Shown here in pieces: positions 12,945 to 25,390 of a stretch of 64,000 nucleotides of DNA. The notes under the pieces are model-generated. The model was given only the letters and a program-made list of their open reading frames with translations. It made no database searches and was not told the DNA's origin. The stretch lies in NCBI RefSeq assembly GCF_030684315.1, contig NC_081369.1, positions 44,809,598 through 44,873,597 of the forward strand, read 5' to 3'. Source of the stretch: Stegostoma tigrinum. Taxonomy: Eukaryota. Both the position numbers and the translations under genes were made by a program. Positions within the stretch are counted from its first letter, which is position 1. Each line of letters begins with the position of its first letter.

Positions 12945-13280
12945 AATCTGCAGACAGAAAGACCATCTACATGCGCTGCACCTATTTCAATGCAACAAAA
13001 TGGATTACAGCTACTTAATAGTTTATTTCTCAGGGCAATTCCTGATCAATCAGAGTCAAACTGGCCAGTTTGAAATCTAAACAAAGCCTAGCAGTTAACA
13101 TCCAATCATCATTAACTGTTGCACTCTCCACGGCATGCCAGTATCAGAGTCCACTTGACAACCAGTTAGCACTCTTCTCTCATGCAGTATAAATGTTGGC
13201 TTTTACCCTTTGTTCATATTTTTGTGAGTCATCTTGAAAAATGCAAGATGAAAATCTTTGACAAAATGTGACATCTTTCT
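12945..13280 (+). mobile_element. Decayed 3' end of a third PLE-like family
   Basis: ICRQKDHLHALHLF (12946-12987) resembles GIY-YIG C-termini of the LCRQKE type. A decayed hammerhead-like gtc..ttgaaaa-atgcaagat-gaaa-atctttgac lies at ~13228-13262. Confidence 0.4.
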
Positions 13281-15762
13281 GAAATAATGCCTAAGCACTG
13301 TGTTCAAAATTGCTGCTTTCAAAATTTGCACGTTTCCAAACGTTTGTCAAGTGCTCAGTGATATGACCATGAAATGTATTTAAAAGTGAAGCATAACTAA
13401 CAACAAATTATTCCCTTTCAACTCATGCAAACGATCTGGAATACCATTCAGCCAGTAAATATTATAAAAGGGTTCAGTGGTAGATATGTGGACAATGTAG
13501 CTTCAAAAATGCAATTTCATTTCTAAATTTAACGTTCTACATTTTATTGGCCTTTGGACCTCTTATCCTAGTATAACATAGCTTGTCTCCCATTTTGGTT
13601 GAATTGTAAATTTAAAAAGAATTACAAATCTAATTGGAATAGCTGACCTATAATAACTAATACAGGACAAACACAGATCTTTATAAAGGTAAACACATTT
13701 GCACCACTTTATTTGACCCCTATCTACACATGGCATTAAAGTTGAAGAAAGAAAAATAAGATATAATAAATGCCATATGCAGAACAGTAATAAGGGCTCT
13801 CTGTGGTCTTTGAAAGTGTACTCACCATTCAATGGTTTCATATTTCATTCAGAAAACGACCCCTGATAAAAAGTTTCAAATGTTCAGAGCACCATTGTGA
13901 AGCCTATTAATACTATAGACAGTTATTGCATGTACTTTTCAGGTGCAGGCTTTGAGAGTGGAAATGCTTCAAGAACAAGGTATTCTTTTGCTTCTTTCCT
14001 AGAATTTTCATTCTTTCCATTTTATCAAAATCTTAAAGATTTATGTGATTACTGATTAATGCTGGCCAGATTTTCCATGGGATACCGAGAAATGAAAGTT
14101 CAAAGAGACACACAGTGTCAGCCTTTCCTGTTAGTTGTTACACAAATGTTGTACAAAAAAATAACAGAGGTACTGAACCACTTCAGAAATTTTAACGTCC
14201 AGCTCAATATTACAGAAGACTCGCTGCAATTCTACAGTTGATGTTTCCGATATTCATAATTGCTTGTAATAGTTTATTATTTTAAGTATTGTTGTGAATA
14301 ATATTAAAAGATCAATTGTGAAACAAACTATTTTATAAATAAATTATTATTTTTGCCATTGATTGAGGAACGTTGTAATGTAGGTGATATTAACAAACGT
14401 TGACAGTCTCTTTACATTGTAAAATTTAATATCCACGTGAGTGCAGTGCACCTTCAGAACCCAGGGGCCCAAATTCCTCTAAACCAATTTTCGATTGAGA
14501 ATTGTATGGAACAATTAAGTACGTATTTTAATTTCCGTGCTTCAGTTTACAGCAGGCAAACTTCCAAGGCTAATCATGCTACTGGTTGGCAATTTGCATA
14601 ATGTGGGAAGATTGCAAAAAGCAGGCCTTCCTGACACAAATAACAGCTGGCAAGGTGCTCACAGGCTGCAGGCAACTGCAAACCTGCTTTGCAACTGTTT
14701 AAATGGTAAAAGAAGTAAATGCTGCCAAAACCTACAGGTACTCTGATGCTGGTTTAAGTATCCTTGCACAGGGGTGTAAAGAAAGTTACTATATCTATTG
14801 TGAGGCTTGAAGCAGAAATAGGATTCCCCGACAAGTGTTCTAGCTACAAAGTAGAAAAATATTCGATGTCCTGACAAATGTGCAAAGGTGAGATCCCAAA
14901 ATCTCATCTCTGCTAATCCCCGCTCTGCTCTTCCTTAGTCCACATATTCACACTGCATTCCACCACTTGCCTTTACTCACCTACGATATGTGCAGAACAC
15001 CCCTCACACAGATACTGCCATGCACTATAGCTGCAGTTCTCTTCTTTGACTTACCCATGCGCACATTTTTTTTCACCTCATGACAGCAATGCTCGAGACA
15101 TTTGATCTGCCTATCAAATACACAGTAGAAGCTGGCATATAGCACACACCCTATTAAATTTATAATATGGTAAACCTGCTGCCCTGCTGAAAAATGTAAA
15201 TCATTGAACTTTTAATTGTTTTAATGCCTCCATTGGGAATAAAATTTTTAAAAATCGTCTTGGAATACAGCCCTTCCACCATACCTGATGCAACAATGGA
15301 TGGTAAACTGGCTGATGTCACCTGTTGGAGGGTGGCATGACCCATTGACATTGAAAATAAAGGGCCACTTGACAACAGTGTTGTCCATGCTTTGGAAACA
15401 AGTAATGTAGTTTGGTGACAAATTCGAGAAGGAGAGTGCCAACAATTCATTACTCATCCATTGTTGGTGCCAAGGTAAGCATATTGATCCAATGACACAT
15501 TGTGCCACAGGCGTTTCTAAGGTAGATGAGTTATTCTCTCTTTAGATACATTAGTGTGATAGCACTGATGCCAAGATTCTCTGGGAATAGTTAATGTTGA
15601 TCAGCAAACTGCCCATTATTTCCATCTGTTAGTATGCTTTTTCAGTTTACCCACCAGATATCACTTGGATTAGCCTAAAAGTGTCAGATACGGTTTGAGA
15701 GCTTCCTCATAGACTGGTTGAGGTCATTGACCCTACTTGTGTGAACTGTTTCAGCAATATTT

Positions 15763-16077
15763 GGGGTGGCACAGTGGTTAGCACTGCTGCCTCACAGCAC
15801 CAGGGTCCTGGGTTTGCTTCCAGCCTTGGGTGACTGTACGGAGTTTGTACACTCTCCCCATGTCTGTGCAGGTTTCCTCCCACAGTCCAAGGGTGTGCAG
15901 GGTAGGTGGACTGGCTGTGCTAAATTGTCCGTAGTGCCCAGAGATGTTTGGGTTCAATTTGTTAGACATGGGGAAATGCAAGGTTAGGGGAATGGGTTTG
16001 GGAGGAATGCTCTCCAAAGGAGTGGTGTGGACTTGATGGGCTGAATGGCCTGTTTCCATGCTGTAGGGATTCTTTGA
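15763..16077 (+). mobile_element. HE1-like V-SINE
   Basis: tRNA head (ggcacagtggttagcactgctgcctcacagc), V-domain (ggtttcctcccacagtccaa) and CR1-like tail (ggcctgtttccatgctgtagggattc). Confidence 0.9.
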
Positions 16078-16194
16078 GTACAGAAAGAGTGTATTTGGCA
16101 TGGCAGTGCTCCTGTTTCTGACTTTCTAAGTTGGGCATTTCTACTGAAGAAATTGACAGAGTAAGGTTCCAGTCACTTTAATTCACTCCATGTC

Positions 16195-16385
16195 TTCAGA
16201 ATTCCCTTCCTCAAAAGGCAGTGGATTCAGAATTTTTAACGCAGTGCTAGAAGGATTCTTGATTACCAAGTGGATGAAAGATTACCAGGGATAAGCAGGA
16301 ATGTAAAGTTGAGGTGAAAATCAAATCAGCCATGATCTTTTTGAATGGCACAGTTGACTCAAGGGGCCTAGTAGTCTACTCTTGT
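16195..16385 (+). mobile_element. CR1 3' terminal fragment
   Basis: aattcccttcctcaaaaggcagtgga...atcagccatgatcttttgaatggc...ctactcttg. Confidence 0.7.
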
Positions 16386-16413
16386 TGTTTTTCAAATGCT
16401 CTCAACACCGTCT

Positions 16414-16630
16414 AGCAGGGTGGGTCAGTGGTTAGCATTGCTGCTCAACAGAGCCAGGATTACAGGTTCAATTCCAGCCTCAGAATGACTACATGCTCAA
16501 TGACATCTACCACACAAATTGAGGAAATCAATGGTGTGTTTGAAATGTAAATGCTAATCTCTTTAGGGGTTGGGTCAGTGCAGACTTGTTGGCCCAAAGG
16601 GCCTATTTCTACACTGAAGGGATTCTATAG
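16414..16630 (+). mobile_element. HE1-like SINE head and tail with the central domain replaced by ~75 bp of unrelated sequence
   Basis: The head (16414-16491) and tail (16568-16630) match other HE1 copies; no V-domain lies between them. Confidence 0.65.
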
Positions 16631-17419
16631 CTGGAGGAGAATGAACACAGATTTCCAGAACCTACAGTATTTTACTTTTATTTAAGCACAAGACCAAGAA
16701 TGGGAATAGGTTGACTGGTCATACTTTGGCTTCAGACTAATGTACTATGTAACAAGATTCACAGTTGATGGAATAATAACACAAAAATAATTTTTAAGAA
16801 GCAAAAAGTTCAAATTGACACAGTGTTTCGAGAAATATCAACATTTTTGTCAATATATTCTGAAAATTATTCTCAAGCAGTTGAATATTTCACACAATAC
16901 AGCTCTTGAGTTAGAGTAGACCAACCACTGACAGGCAGTGTTCATGATATACTTGTAATGTAGAAGAGCTAGAGGTTTAGCATTTAGAAAGTTTTCACTA
17001 AAGGAGTGCTATTGAATATTTGAAGCAAGAGGTGGCAAAAACAAGTCCAGACCAAAAGTCAGCTATAAAATGTCAACACATGAAAACATATTGGGCTCAA
17101 AATTAATTTCCAGCTAAGGTACAAAATAGAGGGTATCTGAAGGATCACCCATTTATTACACACAGAACCTATTACTCAGTTTCAGTAAATGCAATGGACT
17201 TAAATGTAACCAGGTTAAATATCATTATTCATGGTGAATAATATGCAATTGATCAGATAATTCCCATTTTGTGCCACTGCAGGGGACAATTCTTTCAGCC
17301 AGCAGAGTTTGCTTTTTGGGATTGTGGCAGGCATAAGTATTACAATTTGGAACTTCAGCTAGATGACACAGTACTGAGCAAGTTTGAGCTAGTTCTGGTA
17401 CGTTGGAAGTGTTTTTCAG

Positions 17420-18243
17420 ATCTTGAGTCAATGGGCTGAGGAATGACAAATGAAGTTTAATTTGGATAAATGTGAGGTATTGCATCCTGGTAATTCAAAC
17501 AAGGAATGGACTTACACAATTAATGGTAGGGCCCTGGGTAGTGTGGCAGAACAGAGAGACCTATGGGTTCAGATATATAATTCTTTGAAATTTGCATCAC
17601 AGTAGAAAGGATGGTTAAGAAATGTTCAGCATGCTTGCCTTCATTGCTCAGACCTTTGAATATAGGAGTTGGGACGTTATGTTAAGGTTGTACAGGACAT
17701 TGGTGAGGCCTTTTCTGCAGGACTACTTGAAGTTATGGTAGCCCTGTTATGGGAAGGATATTATTAAATTAGAGACGGTTCAGAAAAGATTTACCAGCAT
17801 GTTGTCAGGAAAGGAAGATTTGAGATACAAAAATAGACTGGAAAGACTGAAACTTATTTCACTCTGGCATAAGAGGTTGATGGGTGACTTTATTGAGGTT
17901 TATAAAATGGGGAGGGGCTTGGATAAGGTGAATGGCAAGGGTCTTTTCCTTAGGATGATTGAGTTCAAAACTAGGGAACAGGTGAGAGCAGGAAAATTCA
18001 AAAAGTACATGGGGGGCAACTTTTTTACCTAGAGTGTGGTTCATGCATAGAATAAACTGCCAGAGAAAGCGGTGGGTACAGGTACAGTTAGAGCATTTAC
18101 AAAATATTTAGGTAAGTTCATGAACAGGAAAAGTTTGGAAGAGTATGGGTCAACCGCAGTCAGGTGAGACGAATTTAGTTTGGGAAGATTGCTGGCATGG
18201 ACTGGTTGGACTGAAGGGTTTTTTTCCATGCTTATGACTCTAG
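17420..18243 (+). mobile_element. CR1 LINE 3' fragment
   Basis: DKCEVLH, LYRTLVRP, VQKRFTSML and GDFIEVYK remnants; tail ggactgaagggttttttccatgct. Confidence 0.9.
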
Positions 18244-18516
18244 GTCTACAGTGTGATAGCCTATACTCATTTACGAGGTGATATTGCTGGTCTTGAACTT
18301 ATTTGAAAGTGTGCTGGAGAGGGAATTCTCATCTGTTTATAAATTATCAATGGGTCTGTAATAAGTTGGCAAATTCCAGTTTTCCAGATCAGTTAACAGA
18401 TTGAACAAATAAACCCATCTCTAAAATCAAAATATTCAGATATTTAAATTTTCAATGAACAATTATTAATTATGTTAATGGTATGCATTGATTATTTGTA
18501 ATCAATCTTAACAGAT

Positions 18517-20945
18517 ACATAGAAAATAGGAACAGTAGGCTATTCAGCCCATTGAGCCAACTCCATCATTAAATATGGTCATAGCTGGACCTCCAGTTCA
18601 AGACCATATTCCTGTTTTCATGCCATGATCTTGACATATTTAGCTTCTTAAAACAGGAACTAGTTCTCTCGTAAATATATTCAGCAGCGTCACCTTTGCA
18701 GTCTTCTGTGAGAGAGAATTCCATAGGTTTATGACACTCTAAGTGAAGAAATTTCTCCTCATTTCAATCTGAAATGGCATACATCTTGAGTTGTGGCCCC
18801 TTGTTTTACAATTCCCACCCCTCTGCCATGGAAACATCATTTTTAGAAAGCAGCAGAATGACAGTTTTTTTAAAATGATGATCGATTGGGAAAGGTTAGT
18901 GCATCAAGGGACCTCAGTCTCCTTGTACTCTGGTGCTTGACTGCCAGCGTACAGCTGCAGTAAGTCAATAGGAAGGCAAGTGTTTTGTTAGTTGTCATTG
19001 CAATATTTAGCCACGTTATACTGCATGTGCCTTTTACTTGCCCCACAGACTCAACTTGTCAGAATCCCCCAAAGCCTCTTAATGTGTTCTCACCACTCAT
19101 ATGCCCACAGTTTTGTGTTGTCAGCAAACTCAGAAATACTAAACTTGGTTTCCTCATTCAAATTACTTCTATATGCTGTGCCTTGCTGTGCCCCCAGTTA
19201 CTAATCCTTACAGTGACACACTTGTCACAGCCTTCCAAATAAAAACGCCATTTTTCCAATACTCTGCCAACCAATTCTCAATCCATATCAGTATATTACA
19301 AATGAGATCTGATTCTGCGCAATGATCTCTTCTGTGGAACTTTATCAAAGAATTCCTGAAGATCCAAATGCACAATCTGCTGATTCTTCCTCATCTATTT
19401 TACTAATTACATCTACAAAAACTCACTAAGGTTTGTCAAGTAAATTCCCTTTCCATTTTAACTTTGTATAATTTTGTAAATGTCCTATTATCACATTCTT
19501 TGTAACAGTCTCCAGCATTTTCCCTACTCTTGATGTAAGACTAACTGCTCCGTAATTCCTGGGTTTCAGCTTTCCTCCTTTTTAAAACAGTAGGATTACA
19601 TTTGCCACCATAAAATTTTCTGGGACTGTTGCAGAATCTTCATAATTGAAAAATAATCACAAAGGCTGCAAAAGGCTATGGAGGCCAAGTGTATTTAAGA
19701 CAGAGATAGATAGGTTTGTGAGCAGGAAGTAGATCAAAGTTTATGGGGAGAGGGGAGGAGAATGGGGTTGAGACACATTTCAGCCATGACTGAATGCTGG
19801 AGAAGACTTGATGGGCCAAATGGCCTAAATGTTCTATATCTTATCATCTTAAGGCATTCTCATTTTTAATGGTCACGTGTTTTAGCACCCTGGGATGTAG
19901 ATTATCAATCCCTGAGAATTTTTTCCATTTCATGAATTACTCCAGTGTTTCTTTTTAACCAGTATTAATTTCTTACAATTCCAAATTCCCAAATGACCCT
20001 CACTTATCTAAAACTTCTGAAAGGTTTCTCTTGCCTCTGTGATGACAGAACAAAAGTAGTTACTTAATTTTTCTGCTATTTCATTGCTGTCCATTTTTAA
20101 TTGTCTTGCTTCAGACTATATGGGGCCTGCATTTGTTGCCACTCTTTCTTTTTACATATTTATAGAAGTTCTCACAATCCACTTTTATGCTCCTTTCATG
20201 CTTATTTTTATAGACTACTTTCCCCCTCATAATCAACCTCTTGTCACTCTTTTCCTTAATTGAGAATAGTTCCCAGTTCTCAGACTTGCTACATTCCTGA
20301 GCAACTTTACATGAATCCTCTTTGGATCTAATACTCTCCTTATTTTCATATATTAATCATAGTTTGTCAGTTTTCCTGCTGTGTTCTTATACCTGAAAGA
20401 AAGTATAACAGGTGCTGTGTATACATTTGTTCCCTAAATATTAAACATTTCCTGTCCACTGTCTTGCCTTTTAATAAAATCACCCAGCCAAGTCACCCCT
20501 TATATTGTGCCTTTTTGGGAGCTTATTTGCCCAGTGCTCTGGCCATTTTTCTCCTTTATTGCCTCCCCCTGCTCTCTCACAATTTTTTCTGTGAGAAGCT
20601 GCACCAAACCCACTTGAGATAAATTGTGTCTTATCTTAGTAAAATTAGCCTTTTGTCAGTTTAGAATTTTTGTTCTCAGCCCACCCCACCCTTTTCCATT
20701 GCTATTCTAAATCTAACTGAGTTGTGGTCATTATCTCCAAAATGCTGCACCCACTGATGCTCCTTCTATTAATTGAGGCTCATTTCCAAACATTAGGTCC
20801 AGAACTGTCCCCTCCCTTGTTGGACTTTCTAAGAACTGGGTAAAATCTTTCTCCTGGATGCCCTTTAAAATTGTGCTTCCTCCCTATCTTGCACACTAAA
20901 ATTATCCCAGTTATTTGGATAATTAAAATCCAACCCTGTTACTAC
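18517..20945 (-). mobile_element. Old CR1 LINE, with an internally inverted piece at ~18845-19000 and a nested insert
   Basis: 3' tail catagaaaataggaacagtaggc at 18517; RT remnants (gaactttatcaaag is the minus-strand FDKV motif); APE remnants near 20700-20940. Confidence 0.75.
19662..19850 (+). mobile_element. CR1 3' end nested in the older CR1
   Basis: ggctatggaggccaag..tttaagacagagatagatagg..cagccatgactgaatg..gggccaaatggcct. Confidence 0.8.
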
Positions 20946-21599
20946 CTTAATATTTTTATAATACTTTCAAATTTGATTACATATTTATTTCTCTCTCTCT
21001 CCTTGGCTTTTTGGGCATCTACTGTACACACCCAAAGTATCTTTGCTTCTTTTGAGTTATTTGCTTTTATCCATTGTATAGGATGGGCCAGAGGGCAAAC
21101 ACTTAATGATGATGCTTGACAGGTGCATGAGAAGATAGATTGTGTAGGATGGGACGAATGGCTAAGATTGTTGATGATACTCAATAAGCTGCATGACCCT
21201 GGGTGTGTCTTGTTAGCATTCCTTTACAAGCCAATGACGGCAACTTGTTTTTCTGTAGCAGTGTTTTGTTTTCTATATCTGCTTTCCTTGTTCTGGCTGT
21301 TTATTACGCTGTATGAGGGAGAGAGTTCTGTTCCAAAGTGCAAGACTTTGCCTCAGTTCAGAATCATGAACTGTGTCAGGAACGAACTGAAGCCCCCAGA
21401 TCAGGCATCAATCAAGGGGCCCCCTATGGGCAGCAGAGTGTGAAACTTGTTGCTTTCTCTGGAAGGGCATCATGAGACTTTTCTTATCTTTGTTTTCTGT
21501 TCCATTTATTATTACCACTATAACAATTTATTATTACCACTATATTATTATTATTTAATAAACATTCATATTTAAGCAAATTGCTGTTGTCAAGCTTTC

Positions 21600-22870
21600 T
21601 CTTAATTATATTTTCCCAAATCTGAAAAGAACCACTTGGATACACACTGTGGTCCAAGACAATTTTGGTGTCGAGGATAGGATTTGGGAAAATGTGTAAG
21701 AGAAGAGAAAAACAACCTGATACTCCGGAGACCTTCCATATTCCAGGGTGGAATGCAGCAGATTCTTGTTTTGGGTCTGTAGCTAAGACACCTATATTGC
21801 CTCATTTGATGACCTTTCCAAGATATCATCTCTCCTCACCACTGTATTTGATTCCTTAATTAATATTGCAACCTCCCCCCTTTTATTCCCTCTCTGTCAT
21901 GTTTGTATACTTTATCACCAGGAATGTTGAGTTGTCAATATTGCTCATTTTTCAGCTAAGTCTTGTTCATAGCCATGATATTGTACTGCCATGTGCCTAT
22001 CCGTGTCCTTAGCTTCTTTGTCTCATTCCTAAGGCTCCTTGCATCAAAGATGCATTGTATTTAGCCTTGTATCAGAGATAATGGGAACTGCAGGTGCTGG
22101 AGAATCTGAGATGTCAAAGTGTGCAGCTGGATGAACACAGCAGGCCAAGCAGCATCTTAGGAGCACAAAAGCTCCTAAGATGTTGCTTGACCGGCTGTGC
22201 TCATCCAGCTCCACACTTTGTTATCTTGTATTTAGCCTTGTTGAACTCACTTCTTTCTCATCTAGACTACATTTCCTCTGCCATCCACACTCATTTGTGC
22301 TTTAAATTCTAATTCCATCTCTGCTTCTGAATCCTCTGAACTACTTATTAGAATCTCACTCAAGCCAGTCTGGTTTAAATCTTCCCCCATGGCAGCTGCA
22401 AGACCTGACTCTGAGGATGTTGGCTCCCTTCCTGTTCAGATGTAACCTATTCAACTTTTGCAGGTTCCACCTACCTACTAGCAGTCTCAGTGTCTCAGAA
22501 ATCTAAAGCCCTCCCTCCTACACCACGTCTACAGCCCCACCTTCATTTGCTCATTCCTTCTAATCCTATACTCACTACTTTGTGGCACTGGGAGTAATCC
22601 AGATATCATTATCCTTGCCGTCAATCTCACCTCCTAAAGTCTGCTCACAGGATGTAATTTCTCTTTCTTCCTGTGTCATTGATCCCACCATGGACTGCGA
22701 CCTCTGACTGTTCACCTTCCCCTCCAGAATGCCCAGTGTAGCTGTCCCTTTACCACCTTGATCCTGGCACCCAGGAGGCAACAATACCATCCTGGATTCC
22801 CACCTACACTCTCAAAAACCCATGTCTGCTACCCTCACAAACAAATCCCCTATCACCGTTGCTTTTCATG
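21600..22870 (-). mobile_element. Old CR1 5' region: APE start and ORF1 SGNH/esterase remnants
   Basis: Minus strand reads CLPGARIK..GEGEQSEVAVHGGINDTGRKR (frameshifted) at ~22660-22790, and IPPWNM/LISWK-type APE-start remnants at 21730-21830. Confidence 0.7.
22071..22226. mobile_element. PLE family A hairpin mini-insertion with 16-bp TSD
   Basis: Exact TSD ttgtatttagccttgt at 22055-22070 and 22226-22241. Long terminus on the left, short on the right; turn at ~22171. Confidence 0.92.
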
Positions 22871-23091
22871 ACACTGTAAACTTCAGAACTTTATAAAGTT
22901 CATGGATTGAAAGAATCAGCAAAAATGCTTTCTGGAATAAATTGCTTCCTGAGATGAAAAGGACAAGGAGACACCGTTATAAAGGAATTAAAAGCAACAT
23001 GCTAATTAACCATTCCTGAGAAGAAGGAGTTAAAAGCAACAAAAGCAAGCTGTTTCCAGGGAGAGAGGGGATAATAGTGCTTGTTCCCCTC

Positions 23092-23390
23092 AAATTATCA
23101 AGATTAAATTCCATCTGCCATTGCTCTGCCCAATTTACCAAATTGATCAATATCAGACTGTAGCCTAAGACCATCCTCCTCACTATCAACAACACCACTG
23201 CTTTTTGTGCCATTTGCAGACTTACTAGTTATATCTCTACGTTCACATCCAAGCTGTTAATGTACATAACAAACAGCAATGGTCCCAGCACCGATCATGG
23301 TGGTACATCACTGATCATAGAATTCCAAACACAAAAACAAAACTCCACTGTCATCCTTTGCCTCCTATTTGCAATTTGGATCAAGTTTCC
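23092..23390 (-). mobile_element. CR1 RT fragment
   Basis: LVNWAEQWQMEFNLD, plus GVPQGSVLGP-like and FADD-like remnants. Confidence 0.8.
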
Positions 23391-23701
23391 TTCTGAGCAA
23401 TACCGCAGTGACAAAGAAAAGGAGATTTGTAAGCAAGATTTGGAGCACACACTCTCTCTGTGTGGACAACAACTGCTCACTGAGAACTCAAGATCTATTA
23501 GTTCCACCTCTGCTGCAGGAGAAGAGTGAAAAATTAGACAACTAATATCGGGTTTTAAAAAACCTCTTTCTTTCATTCAAGAAAACCTTCCATTTTGGCT
23601 ACTTCATTTGTTTATCTTTCAATTAATTAGTGATAGCTGCCTGCTAAAAAAAGAAATAAAAGTATTTGCCAAAATTGGGTGAAAGCAGTTTAAAAGGAAT
23701 G

Positions 23702-23838
23702 GAGATAACAAAGTGTGGAGCTGGATGAACACAGCAGGCCAAGCAGCATCTCAGGAGCATAAAAGCCGACGTTGCGGGCCTAGACCGTTCTGATGTTATC
23801 TCGGATTCTCCAGCATCTGCAATTCCCATTATCTCTGA
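23702..23838. mobile_element. PLE family A inverted mini-insertion with 15-bp TSD
   Basis: Exact TSD ttaaaaggaatggag at 23690-23704 and 23839-23853. Short terminus on the left, long on the right; switch at ~23790 at the hammerhead motif. Confidence 0.92.
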
Positions 23839-24544
23839 TTAAAAGGAATGGAGCCAATTTTCATTCCTCACTTGCTGCTAGTTGATGATTACATAATTAA
23901 ACAATCAGTTTAAACATATGAAACAGCAAAAGAATTATTGCTACTATTAATTGCAGCCCATTAAAAAAAACTATAGAAATTGTCAAAATCATTCCAAAAA
24001 ATAAGGGGTCAACTTACTAGTATAAAATGGGAACTACTGGTGTGAAAGTAGATGTGAGTGATCATTGCTTTGTACTTTATATAAAACATATCACTAGAAT
24101 TCAGATTAACAATGTAGGACAGTGTACAGAATTAATTCAACAAGGATACCTTTAGCCACACTCAAAGCATTTTACAAGTACAAAATTCATTGCTTTCAAC
24201 ATCTGGTGCAAGGAGTTTATCAAATTCATTCTGAGTCACTGAAGGTATGGTAACATGGTAACGCTCCCACGTTGGATCACGTTTATCATGTTCACTTTCA
24301 GAAACATCTCGCCCGCAACAAATCATCTTCCTCTCCAATTACTGAACTAGATATTACGTATTTATCAACTAATCTGATGATTGTTTTTGCAATAATAGCA
24401 TACAATGATTTATAGATGAAACTACAAAATACCATGCGGCACCTGCATATTTTTATTCCCTATGAAGGTTTTTTTTTCTCTGTCATCCATCTACCTACTC
24501 CAATCACACAAACCTGATTCATGAATAGCTTGTTGAGGCACATA

Positions 24545-24776
24545 TTTCAAGTGTCTCCCCATCCTAACTTGGAAATAAGTCACTGCTCCTTCACTGTTGC
24601 TGGATCTAATCTTGGATTTTCTCCCTACGGGCATTGTGGGTCTACCTACAACACAGGAACTGCAGCAGTTCAAGAAGGCAGATCACCAACACCTCTTCAA
24701 GGGCACCTGCACACAGGCAATAAATGCTGGTCCAGTCAGCGATGCCTACATCCCTCAAGTGAATAGAAAAAAAAAT
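24545..24776 (+). mobile_element. 3' end of a second LINE family (CR1/L2 superclade)
   Basis: ..gcagcagttcaagaaggcag..caataaatgctgg..gatgcctacatccc..gaatagaaaaaa. Same family as 39900-41190 and 60310-61332. Confidence 0.75.
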
Positions 24777-25199
24777 CCAACTTATGAACAATTTATATTA
24801 GATCCCTTGGTATAACTGCAATGCTGGTGTCATTTCTTTCCAGGCAACTCCTAATGTCATTCGAAATATGGAATGATATTTTCTCTTTTTTTGAGACTAT
24901 ATATAGAGATGGGAATAAAAATGACAAGAGCTCTTGCTTGGGGGCAGGACAAGTTTTCCTGTGCTATTACATTTTTCTCAGCTCAATACATATGCATATG
25001 TAATTAAAATGCAACTTTTAAATGGACAGGAAGTTCTAAAACCTGCTGGGATCTTCCAGGACCTCCATATTTAAAAGGCTTTGAAAAGGCTAACCCTCTG
25101 CAACCCAAGAACATCACTCAACCTCTGTTCACCAAGCCCACCTACCTCTGGAGATGTCAGAGATATGGCAAAAAGCATCACAAAGCTTTAGGGCACTCC

Positions 25200-25390
25200 T
25201 TTGCTGTTTTCCTGAAGGCTGCCCAGGAGATAAGGGAAGTTCTTTTCATTGTGGATACCTACAAGGTTCATCATGACTGTAGAAGTCGGCCCTGACTTAG
25301 GTGGCTATGAATGTCAATGGTTGCAGACTACTCGAGGGAACCTGACTCCAGTGCAGCAACAGAATGAATGATTTGCTGCACTCTGCTCCA
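25200..25390 (+). pseudogene. Harbinger-associated Myb/SANT-like DNA-binding domain relic
   Basis: VFLKAAQEIREVLF (25206-25247) and QCSNRMNDLLHSA (25349-25387) match the helix 1 and helix 3 (QCxKRxNDL) pattern of Harbinger Myb/SANT (NAIF1-like) proteins. Confidence 0.55.

Noticed and set aside
15763-15830. tRNA genes at SINE heads (also 10457, 38836, 52771, 57566)
   Set aside because: A/B boxes are present, but there is no complete cloverleaf and the sequence continues into SINE body.
21040-21600. LTR-like insert (also 22870-23090 and 45440-45720)
   Set aside because: Composition is suggestive, but I could not establish TG..CA ends, a TSD or a partner LTR.
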